IMG/VR virus record: IMGVR_UViG_3300012983_000002
Reading direction: 5' to 3' (one strand)
DNA: 64,000 nt
Source of the DNA: a virus
Taxonomy: Duplodnaviria > Heunggongvirae > Uroviricota > Caudoviricetes
Of the stretch, positions 36,264 to 48,345 are shown piece by piece; the first letter of the stretch is position 1; the number at the start of each line of letters is the position of its first letter. The notes under the pieces are model-generated. The model had not been told where the DNA came from. It did no database searches and was given only the letters and a program-made list of their open reading frames with translations. A program made the position numbers and the translations under genes.

Positions 36264-37013
36264 TTAAATTTCATGTATAAACTTATACGCAGCACTTATC
36301 GCCCATTTTGGATCTGAACAAACACTCTTCCAGGGAAGTCTTAATACCCTCCACCCAGAGACTTCGATGTGCTTATCTTTACGCTTATCCCTGTCCATAT
36401 ATTCTTGAAACCTATAATGCTGATCGCCATCTATCTCTATGCATTTCTTTCTGTGCTCCCATGCAAAGTCTAAAGAATAAATACCAAGAGGATATTCGCG
36501 AACATAACACTTATCATCAAACTCATTTTCTATCACCCTCATAAACCATGTCTCAGGCCAGGACGGGGAGTTATTGTGTCTGGAGCTTCCGATATTATGA
36601 GCCCTACCCTCGGCGTGAGCTCTTTTCATGCTCTCTGATATTTTAAATTTTGTCTCCTCGGACAGTTTACAACCAGTCCTTTTCTTTATGCATCCATCAG
36701 CATAACGCATCTTATAAGTAGCCGCCGATTTAGCAACAGATACACTTGTAGACTTAGTCAATCCTTTATTCCATATGCCTGCTGTATTACGGTGCTCTTT
36801 TCTTACATGTTCGTATAAAAGTTTGCGCGTCCTGAAACACTCCCCGCAATGCACGCATTTCCATCTACCAGGCTCAGCCGCTGGTGGGGTTTTAAAATTA
36901 CACTTATGGTTGCGAGTTTTGCTTGCCGCGTACTTAGTAGCACAAGACTTAGAACAAAACCTGCCAGAACCGAAATCCCCACAGTGCTCTTTTTCGCAAA
37001 ACTCACAAACCAT
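36264..37013 (-). CDS. zinc-finger plus DUF559/Vsr-like PD-(D/E)xK endonuclease (homing-endonuclease-like), adjacent to the tRNA cluster
   Basis: N-terminal Cys clusters (CEFCEKEHC...CSKSC; C2H2-like CVHCGECF...HVRKEH). C-terminal YSLDFAWEHRKKCIEIDGDQH, matching the DUF559 D...E(I/V)DG pattern. Confidence 0.6.
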   Translation of the reverse strand: MVCEFCEKEHCGDFGSGRFCSKSCATKYAASKTRNHKCNFKTPPAAEPGRWKCVHCGECFRTRKLLYEHVRKEHRNTAGIWNKGLTKSTSVSVAKSAATYKMRYADGCIKKRTGCKLSEETKFKISESMKRAHAEGRAHNIGSSRHNNSPSWPETWFMRVIENEFDDKCYVREYPLGIYSLDFAWEHRKKCIEIDGDQHYRFQEYMDRDKRKDKHIEVSGWRVLRLPWKSVCSDPKWAISAAYKFIHEI

Positions 37014-37026
37014 AATAACTATCTAC

Positions 37027-37097
37027 CTCCCCCGCCAGGTAACGATCCTGGCCTAACGGATTAACAGTCCGCTGTGCATCCTCTACACCTCAGGGGA
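37027..37097 (-). tRNA. candidate tRNA-Asn(GTT) with a non-canonical T-loop
   Basis: Acceptor TCCCCTG/CGGGGGA, anticodon stem GCGGA/TCCGT with loop CTGTTAA, T-stem CCAGG/CCTGG with loop ATCGTTA. Intergenic. Needs confirmation. Confidence 0.4.
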
Positions 37098-37151
37098 ATA
37101 TCAACTAATGCTCTTAAAGTATTACAGAAACATTTTTAAATGTAAACACTA

Positions 37152-37517
37152 TTAATAAAATATTTTTAAAATTTTTTCCAATTCGTCCACCGGATAATTC
37201 AGATGACAATTATAGTCTCTATCTATCTTTATCCTTATACCATTTACTTCGAATGTTTCCAGTACAAGAATATCACCACGTCTAGACTCAGACTTCTGAA
37301 GCATATTAATATTCTTGTCTATAGTACCTCTGGCTATATCACACTGTTCCAGGAACATATCCAGAAGATCGTCCTGGATCTGTACATTAGGATCAGGCAG
37401 TACCCACTTTTCATTACCAGTCAGGCCGTACTCAGCGTAACTATCCCTAGATATTGAATAGAAATGTGTCTCGTATGGATGAATTGCCGCGTATGTTGGA
37501 TTAGTTATCTTCATCAT
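37152..37517 (-). CDS. hypothetical protein
   Basis: 121-aa ORF. Confidence 0.5.
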   Translation of the reverse strand: MMKITNPTYAAIHPYETHFYSISRDSYAEYGLTGNEKWVLPDPNVQIQDDLLDMFLEQCDIARGTIDKNINMLQKSESRRGDILVLETFEVNGIRIKIDRDYNCHLNYPVDELEKILKIFY

Positions 37518-37603
37518 AATTGTATTAATAAAGCTAGCGTACCAGGAGCAGACAATCTCCTGGTACGCTTTGCACTATGCTGCAATATACAATATAAGTC
37601 CTA

Positions 37604-37921
37604 TTAAGAAAATACAGTCGTCACATCTACTTCCATTTTTTCCCCGCTTAGAGGACATAGAGTAAATAACGTCTTGTCCTTGTAAACGTCTATAAATACC
37701 TTTCTAGTTTGTTTTCTAAATACCTCTTTACTGAACAAAAATCCGACGAATCCTGAGGTATGTAGTTGTACTGGCAATTGCACTGACTGACTAGCAAACT
37801 CCTGATCGAAATAATCTGACTTAAGAGACTTTATCTTCGCTAAAGCATCCTCTGATACTTCTGCTGTTCCTATTACTGTGTTTCCATTTTTAATCTCGAA
37901 TGTTATCACTGTTATTATCAA
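37604..37921 (-). CDS. hypothetical protein
   Basis: 105-aa ORF. Confidence 0.45.
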   Translation of the reverse strand: MIITVITFEIKNGNTVIGTAEVSEDALAKIKSLKSDYFDQEFASQSVQLPVQLHTSGFVGFLFSKEVFRKQTRKVFIDVYKDKTLFTLCPLSGEKMEVDVTTVFS

Positions 37922-38957
37922 ATAGCATGGATTTATCTATTACAAACAGATTACCTCCCCGCTGACACTCTACAAGACGAAGCTTCGAGGTATTAGCAGA
38001 ATCGCCAAGCATACGAGCTACTTCGGTAGCTGTCTTGCCGGTAATAGACTCTGCCTGGGGTAGAGTTACGAATTCCTTACCTTCCTTGATCTCGTCTCCA
38101 AACTTATCCGCTATAAGCCTAGCAAGCTCGGCCTCCTTATTGGCTGCGGCCATGTTAAGTGCCACCCTGAGCATTCGAAGTCCGCAGGGAACTGTATGCA
38201 CTCCCCATATCTTTGCTGAAGCCTTCTCGAGAATAGTAATAGCTGAGATAATAGAGACATTACCACAGTCATCACTATCAATAAAACTGAGAAGGTCGCA
38301 CACACCAGGAATTAATTTGATAGTGTAATCCGTACCTAACACATTGAGTAGAGAATCTAGATCGATCAGATAATCAGAGTTACTGAGAATACCCACATCA
38401 ATAAGATCCTCTTCCAACTTACTACGCGTAATAATGAACTCATCCTCTACATGACGGCCGGCCAGCCTAGCCACACACGAGGCTGCTGCATGCAAGCCTC
38501 CGCTAGCATACGCAGCATCTACGCAGTCAGCTGTAGAACACTTACCTGGAGTAATGTGGATATGCTTATACTTCCAGCGAGGAATGTCTACCTTTTCTAA
38601 TGCACTGAGATACTCGCATGCTATTTTAGGATCACTGGGTATAGGATAGTCATTCAAGCCAGCGTGAGTTCTAATTAAATCCGCAGCATTCTCGATAGCT
38701 TCTAGCCTCTTCTCATCCATATCCAGGTCGACAGCGAATACAGCTCCTTCGTCATCGAGGGCAAGGTCGTCCTCTTCAATCTCCTTCACAACCATGTACT
38801 CTTCAGGAATATCCTGCAACTCGCAATCAACTTCAGCAGGTTCTACAGGACTAGAAATCTTGGAAACCAGTGCTGCTGTCACTAACTTAGCTAGTTCAGA
38901 GAAAGAAGAAGCAAGATCAACAAAGGACTCTTCTACGCTTTTACCATTAATCATCAT
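37890..38957 (-). CDS. hypothetical acidic protein (355 aa)
   Basis: Long ORF with acidic patches. Confidence 0.5.
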   Translation of the reverse strand: MMINGKSVEESFVDLASSFSELAKLVTAALVSKISSPVEPAEVDCELQDIPEEYMVVKEIEEDDLALDDEGAVFAVDLDMDEKRLEAIENAADLIRTHAGLNDYPIPSDPKIACEYLSALEKVDIPRWKYKHIHITPGKCSTADCVDAAYASGGLHAAASCVARLAGRHVEDEFIITRSKLEEDLIDVGILSNSDYLIDLDSLLNVLGTDYTIKLIPGVCDLLSFIDSDDCGNVSIISAITILEKASAKIWGVHTVPCGLRMLRVALNMAAANKEAELARLIADKFGDEIKEGKEFVTLPQAESITGKTATEVARMLGDSANTSKLRLVECQRGGNLFVIDKSMLFDNNSDNIRD

Positions 38958-39051
38958 AGTCTTTATGTTACTTTATTTGGGTTAATTACAAACGCAATAG
39001 GACTCCCTTTGTCAGAGAGTCCTATGGGTTAGAAGTTTATTACTAAATGGA

Positions 39052-39468
39052 TTAAATACCTACAGATTTAACAATCATAGCCGCCAGAGGAGACAGAGCC
39101 TTATCGCAGGCATGAGCTGTCTTAATGGGCGTATCCGTAAGATTCTCGAAGAAGCCATACACTACGTCCTTAAGCGCAGCAGTACCAAGGCGATGTACCA
39201 ATTCGGGATTTTCTGCAACAAAGGCATCTACCTTACCTTCAAGGTATTCACCTAGATCAAAAGTCTCCTCCTCCTTCTTAGTCTCAGGCATACCCTTGAT
39301 AAGAAGAGTGATAGAATTTCCCTCAGAGAGAAGCTTCTTCACATCGTCATTATCAGGAAGAGTACTAAGACTGCCGGATAGGCAGGCGAGATAATCATTA
39401 AGAGTCTCACCTTCGGACGGGCTAAAAATAATATCTGCTGTTGTAGTGGTTTCTATGTCGTTTGCCAT
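39052..39468 (-). CDS. hypothetical protein
   Basis: 138-aa ORF. Confidence 0.5.
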   Translation of the reverse strand: MANDIETTTTADIIFSPSEGETLNDYLACLSGSLSTLPDNDDVKKLLSEGNSITLLIKGMPETKKEEETFDLGEYLEGKVDAFVAENPELVHRLGTAALKDVVYGFFENLTDTPIKTAHACDKALSPLAAMIVKSVGI

Positions 39469-39699
39469 GGTTGTAATTTAAAACTTAAAGCATTTAACTA
39501 CAACAGTTTTATGTGTCATAATGCTTTTATTTATTTATGAAGCTTACAAACAGACACGTAACACACTAACACTCAATACTGTATTACTAAAACAAAATTA
39601 CACAGCATTTACATTTTTTGTAAAAATAACATCGCAACACATATAAGTCACTTATAAAAACTCACATAAATTTAAATGTCATTTACAAAAAATGTAAGT

Positions 39700-39918
39700 T
39701 TATTTAGCAGGTTGCTCCTGCGCCCAGCGATCATACATAAGCTCCAACCACTCAGAATCGAATCCATCATCTTCCATGAGGTCTTCCAATTCTTCAAATA
39801 TTTTATCGATCGGCTTATCCAAGTATCGCTTAGCAAAATACTTGTTAATTGCTACTGTCAAATTCTCGGAAGGAACCGGGAACGTTACTTTGCGTAGGTC
39901 TTTTTCTTTTAATGACAT
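39700..39918 (-). CDS. small hypothetical protein
   Basis: 72-aa ORF in the divergent promoter region. Confidence 0.4.
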   Translation of the reverse strand: MSLKEKDLRKVTFPVPSENLTVAINKYFAKRYLDKPIDKIFEELEDLMEDDGFDSEWLELMYDRWAQEQPAK

Positions 39919-39967
39919 AAGGATATAAAACTTTTAATTAATTTAAATTTAATGGATACTTGGTCAC

Positions 39968-42900
39968 ATGGCGGAAAATCCGGTAGAACAAGGCAAAACT
40001 GTAACATGGGAACCTGTGCGTCAGCTAGCGCAAGATATATCAGAGCTATATTCTAGCAAAAAAATATTTGAACCCAAGAGAGAAGATCTGGACGGGGCCG
40101 ACACGATTATATCAAAGAAATCGACCAGGTTTACAGATCCTAATGCGAGTGTATGTACTATAAGTTCTGCCGACAAAGGATATGTTTATTTGTCCAAAGA
40201 TATAACTGCTCCATTCCGTGTAGAGAAATTAGGACAATCAGGAGACATTGAAGAAAAAGTATTAGCGTTTGAGTTCGCCTACCACCCTGATTTTTACGAA
40301 GAATATCTAAATGGTACAAAAAAACCAGTATTAACAACTCAATATTTACTGTACAGGGAGGCAATAGAAAACGATCCAGAATTCCCACTGGACCATCTTG
40401 TCTATACCTCTGACAATATAGCCGTGGAGTTGTGTAACAACCCTAATTCTGCTACCAGTAACGATTTTTTAACTATTTCTAACTTAATAGAAAGTGACAG
40501 ATCTAAAATAAGAAAATTCTGGAGTTACAAAGAAGGCTCTTATGATGGTGCAGATTTCTACGCTGAAGATACAGAAATTGCCGGCGAATTATACATGTTA
40601 TTCGACGATCCTATGGGTACTGGCAAGAACTGTTGCTACATAGCCAGAGTGGCTTTTGCCGGAATGCACAATAACGGTAACGGAAACAGTAACGGTCCTG
40701 ACGGGATACCTGCACCTTGGGTAAACGGACATATCGCTGCAGATGAATACTATTTTGTTAAAGACAATCAATCCCCGTGGATGTCAGTTAATAAGGCTGT
40801 AACGCTCACTGGTGTATCTATGGATAGGTCGTACAAATCTTGCGACGACCCGTCAACCAACTGCAACACCGATGTAGTAAATACTGTTAAGGGATTCAGA
40901 CCAGAGACTCCTGGAGCAGAGGATGCTGTTTATCCGCCACCGCCTGTAGGTTGCAGCTCACAATTCATATGGCCTACGTTAGGTGTTGAAGGAGGAGGCA
41001 GCAATAGTTTTTACTCACCTGCTATATTATCTCAATACGTAGACTGGGCTGACTGGAGAGACCAGTACAAAACACCACTCACGGACGATACTATACAGTA
41101 TATTAAAGCTACAACGTTAGAACCAAGTCCTGACGACGAACACTTTCCTTGTTACCTGGGAGAAGAGCGCACTGGCGATCTTTCAGGATCGTACGCCTAC
41201 CTATCAAATAATAAAAGCATAGAACTACCATACCAGAGATGGGTAAAAGTAAATGATACCACATACGTCAGAATGGTTCCTATGGAATTTAAAGTTTCAG
41301 CGAACGACCCTCGTAAAGCTTTATTAGCAGTTCCTACTACAATAGCCAAAATACTTAAACCCAAATCATATCAAACAGCTATACGAAAGAGATGGTACGA
41401 CATGATGTATTACTCGCTAAGAAATATAGCTGGATATAAATATAAAAAATACATAAACGAAAATATAAGCGATTATCGTATTATCGGGGTTACGTGGGAT
41501 AGAATGAAAATGCTCAATCCTATCGAGCTCGGTTACATGAATCCATGTCTTAACAACCCTAACGAAGAGGATTGTCTATGCACTAAGTGCAGTTACGAAC
41601 GATGGAAAATGCTAGACCTGGGAGGAGAGAATCATGACTCCGACATGCTTGTAACTCCTTTCGTAGGATCAGAGAGCGACTTTCAGACTCGCAACATAGA
41701 AGGCAATAATGCTGCTCAGTTATGGACCTGGGACAAAGATCGGTTGTTAACGGTTAACACGTATACGGATAATTTAACTGACTTCGATCACGACATCCTG
41801 TTCCCAGAGTTGTACTTTGAGCGATTACTGTGCTACAACAACGAGACGCTATACAGCAGCGATCCAGGAGGTTTTGTAAACGAGGAAAAAGAAAACAAAC
41901 TGTGCGAATGTATGGTATGCTACTACACATCGTACCCAGAATCTCCAATAGAACTTCCGTGGGAAGGTGGCGGCAGAAATACAACTTGCGAATCAGAGGA
42001 AGGTGATACTACATCCACCAACGCACAACCTACAGAAGTTACTATTTACAACACACATGCGTACACATTTAAGATTCTACAAGAATTAACTAAATTTATT
42101 GCCGATTATAAATTACCAGAAGACGAGCCTAGAACTATAAATAAATTAGAAATAGGTTACTGCTACTGCCCTGCCACTATGGGAGAAGATTCCTTAGGTA
42201 TCACACTTAAAGATAGAACATTTTCCCATCACGCATGCTTAAGCGATGGCACTATCGAGTGCGGCACACCAAAAGTAGCAGATCTTGTCCTTCCAGAAAT
42301 ACCATCGTACTACAATACGCTATCCAAGAACGAAAAAGCATTGCTAGAACCAACAGGAATAGAATGTGTATTAGAGATCGATAAGACACTTAAACCTTTC
42401 GGTTACAATGCTTACATATGGAAAGCTGTTGATATTGGAGGTTACGATGAAAACAGAAAAGATATAAAAATAGAATTTGCACATTACAGCACTCCAGCCA
42501 AGGTATGTAGTAGTGGTACTATTATGAGTCCTGACTTAGTAGAAAAAGTTTCTGGAGATGACGATGATGACCTCTTATACATGTACAATACTAATTGCTA
42601 CTCGTCCAAGTCTGCTTCTACTGCGAGTGTAGTTACAGAATCCCCGTGTGATGCTCCTCCTCCTGCTGTGCTATGTCCTAATCACGAAGGATCCATAAGA
42701 GCATTCAATTACAACAGACAGAGTAATGATGATGTATGGGAAGAAGCATTATATTGGAGTAACGAGAAACGTACTAACTGTCTCGATGCCCCTGATCCTG
42801 CTAGTATGGCTTCTGCAAAAATATGGCACAGAAATAACGAACTCACATCTATAGGAACGATAGAATTATACGTTGCACCATTCTGTATACCTGGAGATGA

Positions 42901-43417
42901 TACGCACAAGCATCGTGCTAAATTCTTAGGAAGCTGCAATATACAATTAGTACCAAGCGAAGAAACGCCGCTTACACCAACAGAAGCATTGGGCTTAGAA
43001 GTAGTAACTTATTATTGCTCCACACATGCGCCTGTAAGCGAAGATATGTACCCTGATCAAGAAATACAAATCAACGAAGATCAAACATTTACAGCTGATA
43101 ATACTAATGTTATCGAATTTACCTTAAATTCACCAGAAGACAAAAGCTTCGTACAAGTAGATATCACCATACCAAGGGATATGCTCATAGAAGAAAAGCC
43201 AGATAGTTCTAGCGGAATAGATTTAAGACAGAAGTATATTATATTAGCCACTAGAGCCAGTCATACAAATATACATTCCGGACTTGCTGGGCTTAATGGA
43301 CAGGTTTCACAAAATATGCCGGATACTGTCAAGACATGGGCGACCACATACGCCGGAGCATGTCGCTACGCAGAATTCAAAACAGCTTACAGATTCTCAT
43401 CAGTCTCCACCACGTAA
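39968..43417 (+). CDS. very large Cys-rich hypothetical protein (1149 aa), candidate virion protein
   Basis: Uninterrupted 3.45-kb plus-strand ORF with many paired Cys (CLCTKCSY, CECMVCYY). Confidence 0.6.
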   Translation: MAENPVEQGKTVTWEPVRQLAQDISELYSSKKIFEPKREDLDGADTIISKKSTRFTDPNASVCTISSADKGYVYLSKDITAPFRVEKLGQSGDIEEKVLAFEFAYHPDFYEEYLNGTKKPVLTTQYLLYREAIENDPEFPLDHLVYTSDNIAVELCNNPNSATSNDFLTISNLIESDRSKIRKFWSYKEGSYDGADFYAEDTEIAGELYMLFDDPMGTGKNCCYIARVAFAGMHNNGNGNSNGPDGIPAPWVNGHIAADEYYFVKDNQSPWMSVNKAVTLTGVSMDRSYKSCDDPSTNCNTDVVNTVKGFRPETPGAEDAVYPPPPVGCSSQFIWPTLGVEGGGSNSFYSPAILSQYVDWADWRDQYKTPLTDDTIQYIKATTLEPSPDDEHFPCYLGEERTGDLSGSYAYLSNNKSIELPYQRWVKVNDTTYVRMVPMEFKVSANDPRKALLAVPTTIAKILKPKSYQTAIRKRWYDMMYYSLRNIAGYKYKKYINENISDYRIIGVTWDRMKMLNPIELGYMNPCLNNPNEEDCLCTKCSYERWKMLDLGGENHDSDMLVTPFVGSESDFQTRNIEGNNAAQLWTWDKDRLLTVNTYTDNLTDFDHDILFPELYFERLLCYNNETLYSSDPGGFVNEEKENKLCECMVCYYTSYPESPIELPWEGGGRNTTCESEEGDTTSTNAQPTEVTIYNTHAYTFKILQELTKFIADYKLPEDEPRTINKLEIGYCYCPATMGEDSLGITLKDRTFSHHACLSDGTIECGTPKVADLVLPEIPSYYNTLSKNEKALLEPTGIECVLEIDKTLKPFGYNAYIWKAVDIGGYDENRKDIKIEFAHYSTPAKVCSSGTIMSPDLVEKVSGDDDDDLLYMYNTNCYSSKSASTASVVTESPCDAPPPAVLCPNHEGSIRAFNYNRQSNDDVWEEALYWSNEKRTNCLDAPDPASMASAKIWHRNNELTSIGTIELYVAPFCIPGDDTHKHRAKFLGSCNIQLVPSEETPLTPTEALGLEVVTYYCSTHAPVSEDMYPDQEIQINEDQTFTADNTNVIEFTLNSPEDKSFVQVDITIPRDMLIEEKPDSSSGIDLRQKYIILATRASHTNIHSGLAGLNGQVSQNMPDTVKTWATTYAGACRYAEFKTAYRFSSVSTT

Positions 43418-43448
43418 CGTCAACACACAAGAAAACTAGTATACCAAT

Positions 43449-43934
43449 ATGGCAGAATCGTTAGAAGAGTATAATGACCTTTTAGATAAGATTCATCAAC
43501 ATAGATTGCAATTCCTGGGACTTATAGATATGTCTCGTGAAGAGGCTATTGATAAACTCCGCAATCTAAAATTCAGCACATACGCGGCGTTAAAATCCAG
43601 CGTCAACTATCATGCTAAAAAACCATTCATGAATCTTAATCTACATCGCGCCTCTACTGTAAATAGAAATACAACACAATTAGTAGAGGATATCACTCCC
43701 GTGGTAGAACCTAAAGTGGAAGAGATTCCTACGCACAACTACAGAATCATATTAGATCCTGACACAGATCCTGATACTATAGATTCAAAATATCTACCAA
43801 TAAGGGATGAGTATCTCCAGGAGCTAAGGGCTATGGTAAACAAGGGAGGTTGCTCAAGTTGTCAGAGAGGCAAACTTCGACGTAAGTTCATGGAGAAACT
43901 TACAGCTCTAGACAAATCTAACAGCGAATCGTAA
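43449..43934 (+). CDS. hypothetical protein
   Basis: 161-aa ORF co-oriented with the large gene. Confidence 0.5.
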   Translation: MAESLEEYNDLLDKIHQHRLQFLGLIDMSREEAIDKLRNLKFSTYAALKSSVNYHAKKPFMNLNLHRASTVNRNTTQLVEDITPVVEPKVEEIPTHNYRIILDPDTDPDTIDSKYLPIRDEYLQELRAMVNKGGCSSCQRGKLRRKFMEKLTALDKSNSES

Positions 43935-44316
43935 ATGCGACTACAGCGTTTCCTTTTCTGCGATCCAGAGCATTGATATAAGTACGGCTCCAGAGCTGCG
44001 CTCGTTCGGCTCGCTCGGCTAGGTCGTCCGGTTCTCCACTAACAAACCTCCAAACCTCTTCCGCATCCAGCATTACAGCTTGCACGTCTCTTGAGGACAT
44101 ACCGCTACTACCCTCAAGACGACGTGCAAGATACCAATTCATAAATTCCTCTCTATCCTGTGGAGGTACTAGCTCTTCATTTCTGATATCACGAGTTAGG
44201 TTATAAGGATCAGAACGCAAATCTACAATATATTCGATCTGTGTAGGCATGTTATAGCGTACACTGCGAGCCTCGGAGGTAATGGTCCTAAATCTAGGAC
44301 GATCAACATTTGGCAT
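43918..44316 (-). CDS. hypothetical protein
   Basis: 132-aa ORF. Confidence 0.5.
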   Translation of the reverse strand: MPNVDRPRFRTITSEARSVRYNMPTQIEYIVDLRSDPYNLTRDIRNEELVPPQDREEFMNWYLARRLEGSSGMSSRDVQAVMLDAEEVWRFVSGEPDDLAERAERAQLWSRTYINALDRRKGNAVVAFTIRC

Positions 44317-44526
44317 AAAATATTCTTGACATTATTAGTTGTTATTGATATTGGTCTCGAAATATGCGACAGTAGACGTACTATGAGAACACTATTATTA
44401 ATCGCAATATTTACGTTTACAGTGCATAATTCACTGCCGCCTACCTGGGAACTAGTAGATGAAACAATAAAAACCGCTAGCCAAAGTTAATTTGACTAGC
44501 GGTTCTTGTTTTACAGTAACTCTACG

Positions 44527-46457
<1,931 letters not shown>

Positions 46458-46656
46458 ATTGTTTGTTTGATTTCTAGATTACCAAAACTATATTACTTAT
46501 GCGAGACTATGCAAGTCTCAAATTTGACATATTACGTAAAAAGAGAGCGACTGGCGCTCTCTGAATTTATTTAGTTATTGTCGTTGTTACTGTTATCGTC
46601 GTTCATCACGTAAGCAGTAACAACAGCACCTATAGTAATACCAAGTACTAATGTAA

Positions 46657-47052
46657 TCATAGTATATTTTCTGTTTGTTCGTATTCTTCCTGTTCGAGGA
46701 TATCCTCGAATTCACTGTGAGGCACTACACGGCTCACAGTACCTGCAAAAATGAGTGTCTGCTCTGATGTCAAACGCTCATTGAGGGTGCAATTAAATAC
46801 ACCCCTAACTGTCACCTTTTCATTATCGATCTCCAGGGATTCGATATCGCCCAAGGAGATAGACAGACCTTCTCTAGCTACCCCATCGTCGGAATGTATA
46901 GGCCAGCTTATATAGAGAAGATCTGGGTGACGGATCTCCATGGTACACACACTGTCGCCGTAGCCAAACAGTATAAGGTCTTCCCACCGGAGCTTGCGCT
47001 GAATTGACTTCAATGTCAACTCAACGTCAGTCTTGTCTGTATAAAACAACAT
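46657..47052 (-). CDS. hypothetical protein
   Basis: 131-aa ORF. Confidence 0.5.
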   Translation of the reverse strand: MLFYTDKTDVELTLKSIQRKLRWEDLILFGYGDSVCTMEIRHPDLLYISWPIHSDDGVAREGLSISLGDIESLEIDNEKVTVRGVFNCTLNERLTSEQTLIFAGTVSRVVPHSEFEDILEQEEYEQTENIL

Positions 47053-47383
47053 GAGATATGTATTCCTTTCTCATGTATATATACCGCGAAATAGGCCTAT
47101 TTTTCGTCATAACTCATTGACGTTAGAGCGCTTATGACTTTTCAAAGTTGTAAGTTATTGAAAATGAACAACTTGCGTTTGACACTCCTGGAAAATGGCG
47201 TTAAAACACGCTCTGCAAAATTTGCCGTCTTATCGTATATATATTCATATATACTCCTATATCACTTCGTTCTATAGGAGTATATCTTCTATATATACTC
47301 TGCTTATCTCGTAATTACTTCGTAATTACTCGAACGCAAGAAAGAAAGCAAGTAGCATATGCGCGCGTGCGCGCGCGACCTTT
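47053..47383. promoter_or_regulatory. AT-rich intergenic region with inverted and direct repeats, candidate promoter cluster or origin
   Basis: 13-bp inverted repeat atatactcctata/tataggagtatat. Direct repeat cgtaattact x2. Alternating GC hairpin gcgcgcgtgcgcgcgc. Confidence 0.4.
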
Positions 47384-48340
47384 TTATTCAGAACTACCTT
47401 TATCGAGTATATTCATCTTCTGCCACGCAGCTATAACCTGAGAGTACTTTTCAGGATCTTTTTCCAGAAGCACTTCATGAATCTCATCAGCATTAATTTC
47501 TACAACAAGTCCTGAATGATTCCCTGGAACTATAGTATGCAATAGCTCTTCCGCAAAAGAAGCTAGAGCACACATAGGATTCACATCCTCCAGGTATTTT
47601 ACTATCTCCCTTGAATTTCCTCGAAGGACCTCAGCTATAGTTATAGGGCTGGCCTCCTTCAGGAAATAGTCCAGGCTTATATCCACGTGCCCTACTCCTA
47701 CTATATGCAGACGTCCCCTTAAAGTACCATCATCCATAACCCTATCCGCATGCTTCCTGGCAGCCTCTGCGTAAGCCTTCAGACTGGACTTGATCTCGTG
47801 CATTGTACACACCCTTAACCCGGCGACAGGAATGGTGTTTATATCGAAGAAATCAGCACCCAGGATAGGAGGTTTTACGTTAAGGCGCCAGAACCACTCT
47901 AGAAACGCGTTTTGGGACTCGCCTAGGTAGTTTATCCCAAACGGCTCTAAAAGCTCGTCAGAGCCGCTCTGAGAGCGCAGAATGGCCCCTACTGTTCGAA
48001 GCTTGTGAGACAGTTGGAATGGATATACGTTTATGATGCGGTTTATCGGTACTCCAGGAACGCCGTCTACGTCTATATCCAGATCAACTTTATGTATATC
48101 CGTGCTGCAAATCTGACATTCGTTCACAGCCAGTTCCAGTACGTAGCAACTATCTGTAGTGTCTGCGGATCTAGATAGCACGTCAGCCAGAGCCTTTCGT
48201 ATGTGATTCTGATCTAGTGTGCCTGTCTCGTTGTATACGCTCTCAAGGAACTGACGTTTAAGAGATTCTTTTGTCAAGCCTCCAGCTTCTATAATTCTGG
48301 CCAGATCACTCTCTGTGATACCAGTGTATACTATATTCAT
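47384..48340 (-). CDS. hypothetical protein (318 aa)
   Basis: Long ORF. Confidence 0.5.
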   Translation of the reverse strand: MNIVYTGITESDLARIIEAGGLTKESLKRQFLESVYNETGTLDQNHIRKALADVLSRSADTTDSCYVLELAVNECQICSTDIHKVDLDIDVDGVPGVPINRIINVYPFQLSHKLRTVGAILRSQSGSDELLEPFGINYLGESQNAFLEWFWRLNVKPPILGADFFDINTIPVAGLRVCTMHEIKSSLKAYAEAARKHADRVMDDGTLRGRLHIVGVGHVDISLDYFLKEASPITIAEVLRGNSREIVKYLEDVNPMCALASFAEELLHTIVPGNHSGLVVEINADEIHEVLLEKDPEKYSQVIAAWQKMNILDKGSSE

Positions 48341-48345
48341 TTAAT

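Noticed and set aside
47358-47381. Alternating GC tract gcgcgcgtgcgcgcgc as a possible Z-DNA or CRISPR-like repeat
   Set aside because: It is a single occurrence, best explained as a GC hairpin at the 3' end of gene 47384..48340. It is noted only as part of the regulatory region finding.
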